Part shown: positions 1 through 10,979 of the stretch, one piece after another | Position numbering within the stretch: position 1 is the stretch's first letter | How the letters are laid out: each line of letters starts with the position of its first letter | Assembly: GCF_011386835.1 (NCBI RefSeq) | Contig: NC_088791.1 | Location: 88,660,001 to 88,724,000, forward strand | Length of the DNA stretch: 64,000 bases | Reading direction: 5' to 3' | DNA from: Chrysemys picta bellii | Lineage: Eukaryota | Position numbers and translations under genes: made by a program | The notes under the pieces: generated by a model | Seen by the model: only the letters and a program-made list of their open reading frames with translations | Told to the model about the DNA's origin: nothing | The model's database searches: none

Positions 1-41
1 AAAATTCACAGGGGGAGTGGTTGTCACACAAGCATGTAAGG

Positions 42-865
42 TAAGCTTGCCAGGTGTCCGGTTTTCGACCAGAGCACCCAGTTGAAAAGGGACCCCGGTG
101 GCTCCGGTCGGCACTGCTGACCGGGCCATTAAAAGTCTGGTTGGCGCGGGGCTGGCAGGCTCCGCGTGACTCCCTAGAAGTGGCAACTTGTCCCTTGGCT
201 CCTAGGAAAAGGAACTGCCACGGGGGCTCCAGGCACTGCCTCCGCCCTGCTTTGGCCAGGAACTGCGGCCAATGGGAGCTGCAGGAGCGGCACCTGTGGG
301 CAGAGGCAGTGCGCAGAGCTGCCTGGCCACGCCTCTGCCTAAGAGCCAAGGGACATGTCACTGCTTCTGGGGAGCCACCTGAGGTAAGCACTGCCCGGAG
401 CCTGCACTTCGCACCCCCTCCCATGCCCCAGCCCCCAGCCCTGAGCCCCCTCCTGCACCCAAACTCCCTCCCAAAGCCTGCACCCTGAACCCCCTCCTGT
501 GCCCCAATTCCCTGCCCCAGCCCAGATTCCCCTCCCGCATATTGAACCCCTCATTTATGGCCCCACCCTAGATCCTTCACCCCCCCACCCCAGCCAGAGG
601 CCATACCCAATCCCCTGCCTCATCCCAGAGCCCTCTCCCATACTCTGAACCCCTCTGCCCCACCCCCCAGACTGAAGCCCCCTCCTGCATCCCAAACCCC
701 TGCTCCAGCCTGGTGAAAATAAGTGAGTGAGGGTGGGAGAGAGCAAGTGACAGACAGAGGGGGGATGGAGTGAGTGGGGGTGGAGCCTTGGAGAAGGGGT
801 GAGGCAGTGGGTGGGGCTCATTAAAGGATGGGAAAGGGGTGGGGCAAGGGTGTTCAGCTTTGTGG
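42..865 (+). mobile_element. Non-autonomous hAT-type DNA element (TAGGGTTGCCA-like terminus), right end missing
   Basis: Begins TAAGCTTGCCAGGTGTCCGG, a degenerate TAGGGTTGCCA terminus. GC-rich cassette and C/G-run interior. Cut at ~865 by the Tx1 3' end. Confidence 0.5.
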
Positions 866-869
866 TGGG

Positions 870-1665
870 GTGATCCTGTTGGGATCCGGGAAGTGAGTGG
901 GTGGGAAGGACCTCCCCCAGCCTAAGGGGAGGATCCACAAGGTCCGGGATCTCAATTAAGTACAGGGGACAACTAAAGATATAACAGGAATGGGAGTGAG
1001 GTCACAGGGCTAAACGAAGGGAACCTGATGGGGACACCGAGCAGAGAACCCTGGACAGCACCCACTGCTCCTTGAAGGTGTCAAGGGAGCCAGCGGACGC
1101 CGCCCAGAGGAACTCTGCTCGGATGCATGAGCAGACGGAGGATCGGAAATAGACTCTACAGTCGCAGAAAACCCCATTGGCCAACCTCCTCTCCCTGGTT
1201 TTGTAGATGGCCATTTTGGCCAATGCTAGGAGGAGGTTGACAAGGAGGTCCCATGATTTGGTGGGGCCATGGATAGGTAATGCATAGGTAAGGAGGTAAG
1301 GGGAAAAGTGCAGCCAAAAACGTAACAGGATATCTAAGAGGAGCCGGAATAGGAGCTGCAACCTGGCACACTCCAGATACACGTGCGCCAGGGTCTCCCT
1401 CAGACTGCAGAAGGGGCAGGTGTCCAGGACAGGGGTGAACCATGCCAAGAACATGCCCGTGCTCACGGCTCTGTGAAGGAGCCGTCAACTAATATCCCCA
1501 GAGGGTTTTGGGACCAGGGTGGAATATAGGCTGGCCCACTAGGGTTCCTCACCCTCCAGAGGTGGTAGGAGGTCCCACCACTTCGTGTCAGGGCGGGAGG
1601 CGAGGGTGAGGACGTGAAGGGGGTGGAGCATGAGTGTGTACAGATGTCTCCTTGGCGTGGTCCGG
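870..1665 (-). mobile_element. 5'-truncated Tx1-clade LINE (ORF2 C-terminal zinc finger + 3' UTR)
   Basis: ORF 1002-1466 has CPFC..ETLAHVYLEC (zf-RVT CCHC) and LLVNLLLALAKMAIYK. The upstream part continues in frameshifted frames to ~1665. No poly(A) tail. Confidence 0.8.
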
Positions 1666-2315
1666 ATGTACGGCACATACATTCCTATTTTGGCAGCAAC
1701 CCATCTCGCCACAGAGTACATCAATAGAAAGGGCTACTTTTTATGGTTATGCAAATGTTGGTGGATCACTAGGGACATTTCATTGACATCAGTGTGGGTT
1801 GGTCAGGAAAGATGCATGATGCTTACATCTTCAGGCAAGCAGGACAGTTCAGAAAGCTAAACGCTGAAACATTCTTTCCTGACAGGCAGATTATTGTCAC
1901 TGGTAACATTGCCCTGCCAGTAGTGATCCTGGAGGCTTCACCATACCCCTTGCTCCCCTGCCTCATGAAGCCATACACCGGCCATCTCACTAGCACCAAG
2001 GAAAGCTTCAACTACCAGCTCAGCAGATGCAGAATGACAGGCGAACGTGCTTTTGGAAGTCTGAAAGGATGCTGGCAGTGTTTACACAGAAGAATGGAAT
2101 GCAGTGAGAAAAAATATCACAGTGATTATAACTGCCTGTTGTGTCCTTCATGATATCTATGAGGCAGAGGGGGAAGGGTTGCCTTCAGGGTGGAGGTGAA
2201 GAGGCTGTCTGCTGACTTGGAACAGGCAGATACAAGGGCCAGTACAAGAGCTCAACATGGAGCTATGTGGCTGAGGGAGGCCTTGAAAGAGCACTTTAAT
2301 GGTCAGCCACATTAA
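1666..2315 (+). pseudogene. PIF/Harbinger transposase, C-terminal half (copy 0, divergent family)
   Basis: GTYIPIL..EYINRKGYF, GKMHDAYIF, PYPLLPCLMKPY and SRCRMTGERAFGSLKGCW across frameshifted frames. Confidence 0.9.
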
Positions 2316-2699
2316 TGTGCTATGGCAGCTGGCCCTGAGGTTTGGGGGACTGTTAGGAATTGTATAGTGCTTGCTGTACATTTATAATTATTATACTGCA
2401 TGTTGCACTGAACCTATGAGTTCTGTGGTCCTGTAAGATTACAAGTAATAGGTGCATGGAGTAGTGCTAAGCATTCTGCAGCATATGTTGTGACATAATA
2501 AAGTTGAATTTATTAAATAAATAAATACATAAATAAAGTAAATGTATTGCATACCAAAAACAATGCAAAGAAAAAGTGCAATTAAAAACAAAACAATACA
2601 ATACCAACTTCTACAACAAATTAATGGAATAGAACTTTAAAATTAGAAAGGTGGAAACACTCCTGTCTATTTCAGTCCATTTTGGCTACACATACATCA

Positions 2700-3140
2700 G
2701 CTGTAGGTCTCACAAGTCAGTGTATGAGAAGCTGTGGTTGTTCTGTCTGTCTCTTAGCATAGGGTGGTAGGAGTAGGAATGCAGCCCATGATGCCACGTG
2801 GAATGTTGAGGGGTATCGGGACCTGTTAAACTGGCATACTCCAGTGACTGCAGAGGGTGGCGAGGCTGTGGTTGTTGGGCCTGTAGGTCAACAAGAATCT
2901 GCAGCATTTTGTGTTCGCTGTCTGAGAAGTTCCATTATGTCTTGGTGAATCGCCCTCTCCTCTTCCTGCTGGGATTCCTGGGCCTTTCTCCTGTCCACTC
3001 TTTCCTTCTGCATTCTGTCTTCCATATTCACCCTCCAGGCCCTCTGTTCACCCTCTGATGCACTTCTTTCTCCCTCTCATCAGGGCCAGGCATTCCACAA
3101 GAGGGGGTTCCCATCAAGGACGCAAAGGCAGCAGCAACAG
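2700..3140 (-). pseudogene. Harbinger Myb/SANT gene, coiled-coil 3' exon (copy 0)
   Basis: Peptide AWRVNMEDRMQKERVDRR..IMELLRQ..LQILVDLQAQQ..RHPLQSL is colinear with exon 2 at 28953-29440. Convergent to the transposase. Confidence 0.6.
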
Positions 3141-3434
3141 ATAAAACAGACAGCTCTATTGTCACAATGAAAACAGAAAATCAAGTTTCAGACTTATTCC
3201 AATAAAAGTTTTAAATAAGACATGCTGATTGATTGACACTTCAACTTTGGTGTGCTTCTGCACAGCACCATTCTCCCCATCCATGGTCAGAACGGCCCAT
3301 AAAGGGGAAGGAGCAAAGGGGAAAAAGATGAGGACAGAATTTTTCTGTCACATGGAACAATAAAATGTCAACCCCTATTTCCATGGGTATGAGTACAGGG
3401 CAATGGCACCAAGTATTGGCACTATTTTCCACAG

Positions 3435-3763
3435 GTGGTAGTGATTTTGAGCTGATATTTCACTCTTGAGGGTAACAAAGGCACAGAGACCACAGCTGCT
3501 GCTGGAGTTCTGAAGTAGCCCAGGTCTCTATGCCACTAGCCTATTTACTTCAATGGTGCCTGCCAAAGTCATTGCAGAATGATGTGGGAAAGTGTCTGAT
3601 CATGGAGGAAGAAATAAGGCAGCCATCTCTAGAAAAGCTTCAGGAGAGGATTGCAAAGTACGTCCATGGAAGTTCCATTGAGATCTTGCAGGAGGATACA
3701 AGGGATAGGTATGTAAACTGCCATGCATGCCCCCGCCCTCAACCTAGCCCTACAGGGGAATGA
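3435..3763 (+). pseudogene. BEN-domain-like exon nested antisense in Harbinger Myb intron (copy 0)
   Basis: Acceptor TTTTCCACAG|G at 3434/3435. Reads DISLLRVT..LLLEF*SSPGLYA..MVP..GKVSDHGGRNKAA..KYVHGSSIEI..ED..YVN, with 2 stops and 2 frameshifts. Confidence 0.65.
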
Positions 3764-4069
3764 AAAGCAGATAACAACACTACCTCTGTTTGTTGTACCT
3801 CTATCTCTTCTCATACAAGTAAAACAATGAAAAGTGTTTTACAGGGATCCTCTAAGTCAGATATAAGCATAATAATTCACTGAAGGGTGACATGTGAGTT
3901 CTCTGTTGAGAGCCAGTAGCCCACTGGTCATCATAATCACTGCAAAATATACATATGCATACTACTTAAAATTATGTTCTTAAGGCAGGTAACCAATATG
4001 TGACATATCTCAAACAGGTTCCTTTCAAGCAGGAGGTAACAGATGCTTTTATCTATGTCTGGTCATGGG

Positions 4070-4830
4070 TGTATTGGCATTACATGTCTCACAATGGATG
4101 ATAGTTTGCATACTGTGCCACATGCTAATCAAGAGATTGCAAAATCTTCAAGAGAAGACATTTACAGAAAGAAATAAACAACAGAAGGAGATACTGTTTA
4201 TGAATAAAGACAATGCATTGTTGGGATATATGTAGTGGTGTAGAGCTACAGCTTGGATCCTTACCCCAGGATGCAAGCTAACAATGTGCCTTTCTTATGA
4301 ACAGAGGGCCACAGCCAAGCCTGGACGTAAAATGCTGGAAGGACTTAGTCTATAAGACATGAAAACATCAAGTTAAGTTAATCATGGTTCTAGAATGTGT
4401 CTTATTATTTTACTTTATATGTAATCATTTGTTTCCACTTGAATCTCTGTACATTGTTAAATAAACTTTTAGTTGTTTTTGCCATAAGCATATCTAAGTG
4501 CGGTAATCTGAAGGGAACTGGGCAAGCTGGGATTTACTGTCTCTTTGGAAGCAGCAAATCTATGAATACTGCGAGTGTCCAGTGGAACATGGACTAGACA
4601 CTCCCGGAAAGTTATTCAGAGGGCTTGGGGGTTGGCGAGTGCCTATTGCCACCCTGTTGTGAGAAAGCACGGCCTGCATAGACCTAGGGGGCAGTGCTTG
4701 TTTGCCCGTTGCTGGTGGAGTTGGGAAGATGATCTATGGCAGGCACAGACAAGGCTTTCTCATGCTAAGGGCAGGGGGTAGTGAGGTGCCTCAGAACTCT
4801 GGGTACCCGTGGGGAGCATCGCAGCCACCA
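4070..4830. mobile_element. Probable solo LTR
   Basis: LTR-like composition with an AATAAA followed by a U5-like region. Boundaries approximate and no TSD resolved. Confidence 0.4.
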
Positions 4831-5179
4831 CAACCTGAAATAATGTAAGCCACATTCTACCAGTGTTTTGTTTTGCTACCTTTCCCCCCATCCCACCCCT
4901 ACGCCCTAAAAGCCCTTGCCAGATTAATTGTGTTATATAAGGTACAGGAGTCACTTGCCATTGTCTTGCTCAGAAACAGGAAACCTGGCACACAGCAGCC
5001 AGCAAACAGAAAAGCATAAGGATGAAATGGAATGGCAGATAGTAGTTCCAGTTTCTGCTTCACTGTAACTCAGAGTGAAGGGGTAGACGCTTGTTTCTTG
5101 GAACAAAATCCACAAATAAATAAAAATAAAATAAAATATCATTGCCTTTCTTTCCATGTCGGTCAAACAGGGAAGGACA

Positions 5180-6130
5180 GTCTTTCTCTGAGGAAGCCCC
5201 TCATGGTGAGACAAAGGCTGCTGAAGCTTTGCAACAGCAGAAAAAGAGCCAGAATGAACTGCTGCAGGATGTGCAAAAGGAATTTGGCAGCTGGTTAAAG
5301 CAGTGTCCGAGTCCTAAATTCCAGAACATGGGGCAGTGGGAGGCCCTGAAAAAGAAGTACTGGAAAGCAGGGCAGTGGGAAGCCCTGGGAGGGAGCAAAA
5401 GAGAGCAGGCAGTGACTCCCTGCAGAGTCCCTCCCATCCTCACTTCCCCCTATCTGTTCCTTGTTCCTGCTCCCATGAAGATCCATTGTTTGGGTGGCTC
5501 CATTACCTGGTTCCTGACATCACTAGGCTCCGGCTCCAGCTCCGCCTATGTTCTCAGTGACTCTAGTCCCCGTGCTCCTCTGCCCAGTCCTAGCTGCAGT
5601 ATCCCTGGCACCCTCTGTGCTCTCCTGCTACCGAGGGCCTGGGCCTGGCATCAGAAACTGCTGGCTCAGAGGCTGCTCTGCAGCCAGGGACGGAAAGGAC
5701 ACACATGGCCCAGGACCAGAAGTACTGGAATACTCTGAGTCTGCAAAAAAGTGCCAGAATGGCATTCCAGAGCATTCCAGCACAACTTGAGCACTGGGTT
5801 AAACAAGCGTTTTGAACTGGATCTGAAAAAACAGGATGCAAAAGAGAAGATGCTGGAGTGGAAGGGGAAAAATGGTGGCAGATTCTCTACAGCATTATTG
5901 GGAGATGTGGTGAAAAGACTGGGAAATGAAAGAAAGAATCAGTAAACAACAGAAGGGCATGTCTGGGAGACTCTTTGGTATGCTTGTCTCAAATCCTGGA
6001 TTCCTCTGAACCCAGGGCCAGTCACAGCAACTCCAGTCATGTTGGCACCACACTGCCATGTGCTGCAACTGATGAAGAACTTGGGGCGGGTGGAGGGGGT
6101 TGAGCCATTTCATGTATAATGGAGGTGCAT
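5180..6130 (+). pseudogene. Possible degenerate Myb 3' exon of a further Harbinger family
   Basis: Acceptor-like CTTTCTTTCC..AAACAG, then RQRLLKL/QKKSQNELLQDVQK, resembling SQRLAKIRRLKK..DEMFSELMQ of other copies. Confidence 0.3.
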
Positions 6131-6383
6131 GTGATCAATTGTGCCGTGCCTTCACCAGGGAAAGAGAACAGACATGTGACAACATGTAATTCCATTACAT
6201 TTGACATTACACTTTAATTTCCTAGTTTTTGCACTTTTGTTTCCATTTGTGTTTTTGAGGTTTGTTGAGTGTTGGTTATTTTGTTTAGGGTTAGCAGGCT
6301 TTGGAATTGCATCTGTCAGGTGGAAGGTTCCCAAGGTTGGGAAGAGGGATCCCAGCCATACACCTCTGCAGAAATACCAACCC

Positions 6384-6446
6384 TTGAACTCACAACCCTG
6401 GGTTTAGCAGGCCAATGCTCAAACCACTGAGCTATCCCTCCCCCCC
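6384..6446 (-). mobile_element. tRNA-derived head of tortoise-type PolIII/SINE (truncated after B box)
   Basis: GGGATAGCTCAGTGGTTTGAGCATTGGCCTGCTAAACCCAGGGTTGTGAGTTCAA, identical to the head of the SINE at 8857. Confidence 0.85.
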
Positions 6447-7680
6447 AAGACGACATGCTTTCCAAGAGGACATGCTGAACCCCTTCCGGGCACGTCCTCT
6501 CCCAGCCTAACCACTGAGCAGCCACGCCGTGAGGTGAAGTGCTGCTAGGTTGGGATGGAGGAGGTGGCCCTGGTCCTGGGAGAGCAGGTCCGGGTGGGAC
6601 GGCAATGGCCATGGCGGGGCTACTGCCAGGCCCAGGAGGGTCCCATACCAATGCTGCCTGGACCATGCCAGGGTGATCAGTAGGATCCGGGCCCTGTCTG
6701 TTTTTATCTTTTCCAGAATCTTGCCTATCAGTGAGAATGGGGGGAAAGTATAGAGAAACTGGCCGACCAGGACAGGAGAAAGGCATTGAAGATAGCGCCC
6801 CTGCCCCAGCCTCCCACCCGGCGCTGAACCAGGGACAGCGACGGTTCTGCTGAGTCGCAAACAGGTCCACCTGGGGTGTTCCCCACTCTTGGAAAAGTCT
6901 GTACACCACCTCTGGGTGAAGAGACCACTCGTGTTGAGAGGAGAAGTCCCTACTAAAGTGATCCGCCCACGAGTTCCGGGTGCCCGGTAGGTGGTAGGCC
7001 TGTAGGCAAATGTTGTGGGCTATACAGAAGTCCCACAGCCTGAGGGCTTCCTGGCAGAGGGCTGAGGATTGGGCCCCGCCATGCCTGTTGATGTAAAACA
7101 TTGAGGCCGTGTTGTCAGTGAGAACCCTGGCCACCCAGCCCTCCAGGTGTGAGCGGAAGGCCATGCACGCCAGCCGCACCGCCCTGAGATCCTTGACATT
7201 TATGTGGAGGGCCAGGTCCTGCGCAGACCACAGACCTTGGGTCTGAACGTCCCCCACATGGGCTCCCCAACCCAGGTCCGATGCATCAGACACCAGTTCC
7301 ATCGACCGGGGCCTGCCTCTGAATGGGACCCCATGGAGCATGTTTCCCGGGGAGGACCACCATCATAGGGAGGCAATCACCGGTTTGGGCACAGTGAGGA
7401 TTTTGTCCATCCTGTCTCTGGCCTGGGAGAATGCCAAGGCCAACCAGAGCTGGCGGGCCTCATCCTGAGTCTGGCGTGGCAGATCACATACGTGCACGCT
7501 GACATGTGACCCAAGAGCTGGAGGCACGCTCTGGCTGTTGTCACTGGAAACCTTGTGACCGTGTTGATAAGCCCTTTCAGGGTCTTGAAACTGTCCTGAG
7601 GGAGGGAGGCTCTGGCCGATGTGGCGTCCAGGACCGCCCCTATAAACTCTATGCGTTGTACTGGGACTAACGTGCAAGGA
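6447..7680 (-). mobile_element. DIRS-type retrotransposon fragment: RT end, RNase H, methyltransferase-like domain, start of recombinase ORF
   Basis: SDASDLGWGAH..HINVKDLRAV..TDNTASMFYINRHGG..HLPG..WADHFSR (DIRS RNase H). VDLFAT and FPPFSLI..WSRQHWY..LTAW (MT-like domain). Confidence 0.9.
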
Positions 7681-8049
7681 TACCAGGCTCTATTTAGTTG
7701 TCAATCAACATGTTTTAATGGTTATATCAGCCAATGAAAATGCTCCTTTTCTTTTAGCCAATAACTGAAGTATAAATGGAAAAGTTGATTAAAATTGATG
7801 ACTTAAATCAAGCCTTTGCCCTTGATGATTTAAATCACCTTGATTTAAATCAATCCATCATGGGCAAAAGACGATAAATGATAGATAAGATTAAAGTTAT
7901 TTTTAGGCTGAATAGTCTTACGATTCATTAGGCCAATGAGGACTGAGATGGATTTTCTTATCCTTAACCTCTGTGGTGGTGACAGGACCAGGCCTCAGGA
8001 TAGCAGAGTTTTATTTCTGGCTCGACTGGTGGCTTTCTGGGCAATTCAT

Positions 8050-8800
8050 TTTGGGCTTGATCCACAAAGGGACTTTGATGTCTGACTGGAAGTTTAGACT
8101 CCTAAATCCAACATTTAGGTGCCACTGAGTTCTTCAAGATTTCTCTTCAGCTGCTGTCTAACCCAGGAGGTGCTAAAATTTCCACTGGTAAAGGCTCCAT
8201 GCTGATTGTTTTTTCTCAGTGAGCATGCACAAAGCCACCTAAATCCTGATGCCACTGAGCTGCTTATACCTAAATCCCAGCAGGATTCACAAATTAGGCA
8301 TTCCTCCACCTGGTTTGCTTGTGTGGCCAATCCAGTAGACCTGCTCTGAATTTAACCAATCTGCACAAAGGACAGCCAGGATGTGGTGCTGCTCTCCACC
8401 GATAGGCCAGTGGTTATAGCATTCACCTGGGATATGGGAGACCGAGGTGCTAATCCCTGATCCAAATCTTGCAGAGTGGGAATTCCAATCTGCATTTCCC
8501 ACATCCCAGGTGAATGCTCCAACCACTGGCCTGCTGGTGGTGAAGAGCACCATCCTCTCCTCCTCAGTTTTTTACAAGAAAAGGCTGATGTGGTTTAGGT
8601 GCCTAACTCCAGGAAAGGGGTCATGACTGTGAATTTCAAGTGGAGAGGAACCTCCCTACAGCCTGGAGTGGTAGACTAACTCTCTGAAAGAAGCAGGGTT
8701 TAGGCCACACCCTTCTCCTATGCATTTCCTATTGGCTAGTTTAGGGAGTTCCCAACTCAACAAGCTGGCTTCTGTGAATCCCATTAACCATCAGGATACC
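8050..8800. repeat. Old palindromic MITE-like repeat with TTAGGCACCTAA-type motifs and a central tRNA-like hairpin
   Basis: Recurrent TTAGGTGCC/CCTAAATCC motifs in both orientations and an inverted repeat at 8404-8532. Confidence 0.45.
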
Positions 8801-8856
8801 TAAAAGTTAGGTTTTGCAATGCTGGTAATTGTAATGGTAATGGTAAGAGCACTCAC

Positions 8857-9055
8857 TGGAGGGATAGCTCAGTGGTTTGAGCATTGGCCTGCTAAACCCA
8901 GGGTTGTGAGTTCAATCCTTGAGGGGGTCACTTGGGGATCTGGGACAAAATCAGTACTTGGTCCTGCTAGTGAAGGCAGGGGGCTGGACTCGATGACCTT
9001 TCAAGGTCCCTTCCAGTTCTAGGAGATGGGATATCTCCATTAATTATTATTATTG
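8857..9055 (+). mobile_element. Full tortoise-type PolIII/SINE (tRNA head, CR1-like 3' end)
   Basis: A box TAGCTCAGTGG and B box GAGTTCAATCC. CR1-like GATGACCTTTCAAGGTCCCTTCCAGTTCT tail ending in (ATT)n. Confidence 0.9.
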
Positions 9056-9549
9056 TCAAGTGTCTCACAGATTCATAGCCTTTAAAGCCAAAAGTGACCA
9101 TTGTGACTGTCTAGTCTGACCTCCTGTATGCTACATGCCATAGAACTCCCCTGTAATAATTTATGTTTCAATAGCTGTTCTTGAACTACAGCATATAGTT
9201 TAGGAAAATCTATCAATCAGTCAATCTTGATTTAAAATTTTCCAGTAATGGAGAATCCACTGAAACCCTTGGCAAGTTGTTCCAATGATTAATTGCCTTT
9301 GCTGTTACAGATGTACACCTTATTTCTAGTTTGAATTTGTCTAGTTTCATCAACTTCCCAATTGAAGCACTCTCTATTATCACATTTCTGACCCCCATTT
9401 AGGTATCAATAGACTGTGATCAAGTGACCTCTTAACCTTATCTTTGATAGGCTAAATAGTCTTTCAACTATAAGACATGTTTTCCAATCCTTTAATCATT
9501 CTTGTGGTTCTTCTCTGAACCCTCTCCAATTTATCAACATCCATTTTGA

Positions 9550-9750
9550 AGGGATCATTCAAGGTAGAATGGCCCGTTAAACACCTCTGCAGTCATAGGA
9601 CAAAAATAGGGGGGTAGTGGGTTACAGATTGTTGTAATAAGCCATAAATTCAGTGTCTCTGTTCAGTCCTTGAGATTTTTAGTGTCTAGCAGAATTATGA
9701 ATTTAAGCTCCCAGGCCCGTCTTTTGAAAGTGTTGTCCAGGTTTCCTTGT
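9550..9750 (-). mobile_element. Penelope-like element, GIY-YIG C-terminal fragment
   Basis: Minus strand reads GNLDNTFKRRAWELKFIILLDTKN..LNRDTEFMAYYNNL*, homologous to the 46.6-kb PLE C-terminus. Confidence 0.7.
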
Positions 9751-10017
9751 CTGCCTATAGGTGGACTGTGGGGTAATGACCATAGTGCCTTTGGCAGGAT
9801 GTCTTCTGCTGGTTGAGCTCCCATAATCTTATGGGCCTTGGTGCTACTGGATGACTTGCACCATTGTAGCTACACCAGTAACTGAACACAGTATTCCAAT
9901 AGTGGTCACACCAGTGCCAAATACAGAGGTAATATAACCTCAGCTCCTACTTGACATTCCTGGTTTTATATCCAAGGATTGTATTAGCCCCTTTGGCCAT
10001 GGCATCACACTAGTAGC

Positions 10018-10262
10018 AAGGGCTTAAATTCCCTTACAATATTTCCTGGAAGTCTCCCCACCCCCCTCAGCTGCCCCATTTGGAGCTCCGGGTTTTAGCC
10101 CCTGCAGAGCAGGCAGTCTCAGGGCTTTAGGCTCACAGGGGCATGCCAGGGCTCAGGGCTTCAGCCCTGTAGGAGGCACAGTGGTTCGGGGCGTCTGCCC
10201 TGCAGGTTTGAAATATTTACTGGAGTGCCACTCCAGATAGCTCCAGCTACATTTAAGCCCTG
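10018..10262. mobile_element. hAT MITE
   Basis: TIRs AAGGGCTTAAAT / ATTTAAGCCCTG. 8-bp TSD CTAGTAGC / CTAGGAGC. Confidence 0.8.
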
Positions 10263-10930
10263 CTAGGAGCTCATTTTCAGCTGACTATCCACCATGACCC
10301 CCAAATCTTTTTCACAGTCATTGATTCCCAGAATAGATGTATGACTTTATATTTGAACATATTGAAATACATATTGTTTGCCTGTGTCGAGTTTACCAAG
10401 AGATCAAGATTGTTCTGTATGAGTGGCCTGTTCTTTTAATTATTTACCATTCCCCCAATCTTTTCGCCATCTGAAACCTTTATCATTAATGTTTTTATTC
10501 CAGGTTACTGATAAAAATGTTAAATGGTGTATGGCCAAGAACTAATCCCTGCAAGATGTCACTGGAAGCCACTCAACAACGATTCTCCATTTATAATTAT
10601 ATTTTGAGGCCTATTTGTTAACAAATTTTTAATTCAGTGAATGTCACCATCTTGATTTTATACTGTTCTAAGTTTATAAATTAAGATATCATGTGGTACA
10701 GAAGTCTAGATATATAACAATAACACTGTTATTGAATAGCATGATCAAAGAGGCACACTGAATGTTGAAGCTGTAGTTCCATAGAACAATGTTTGATCTG
10801 GAAACATAATCTAAAAATCACAAATAAATCATTATCTACCTTAATTCTACCTTAATTTCCTCCTTTGTAAAAAAACCTGTACATTGTATTCTAAAAGTAA
10901 TTTAATACCTTAATCATTTATGCCCAAAGC

Positions 10931-10932
<2 letters not shown>

Positions 10933-10979
<47 letters not shown>
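10933..10979. repeat. (GT)n(AT)n microsatellite
   Basis: Direct inspection. Confidence 0.95.

Larger units (their letters stand above)
9075..10720 (-). mobile_element. CR1 LINE 3' part, interrupted by a Penelope fragment and a hAT MITE
   Basis: CR1 3' signature (GACCATTGTGACTGTCTAGTCTGACCTCC) and LDKFKLEIR..INHWNNLPR..DSP..FKSRL translation. Continuity restored when the inserts are removed. Confidence 0.85.

Noticed and set aside
8857-8930. tRNA gene
   Set aside because: No proper acceptor stem or T-run terminator, and it continues into a SINE body with a CR1-like tail.
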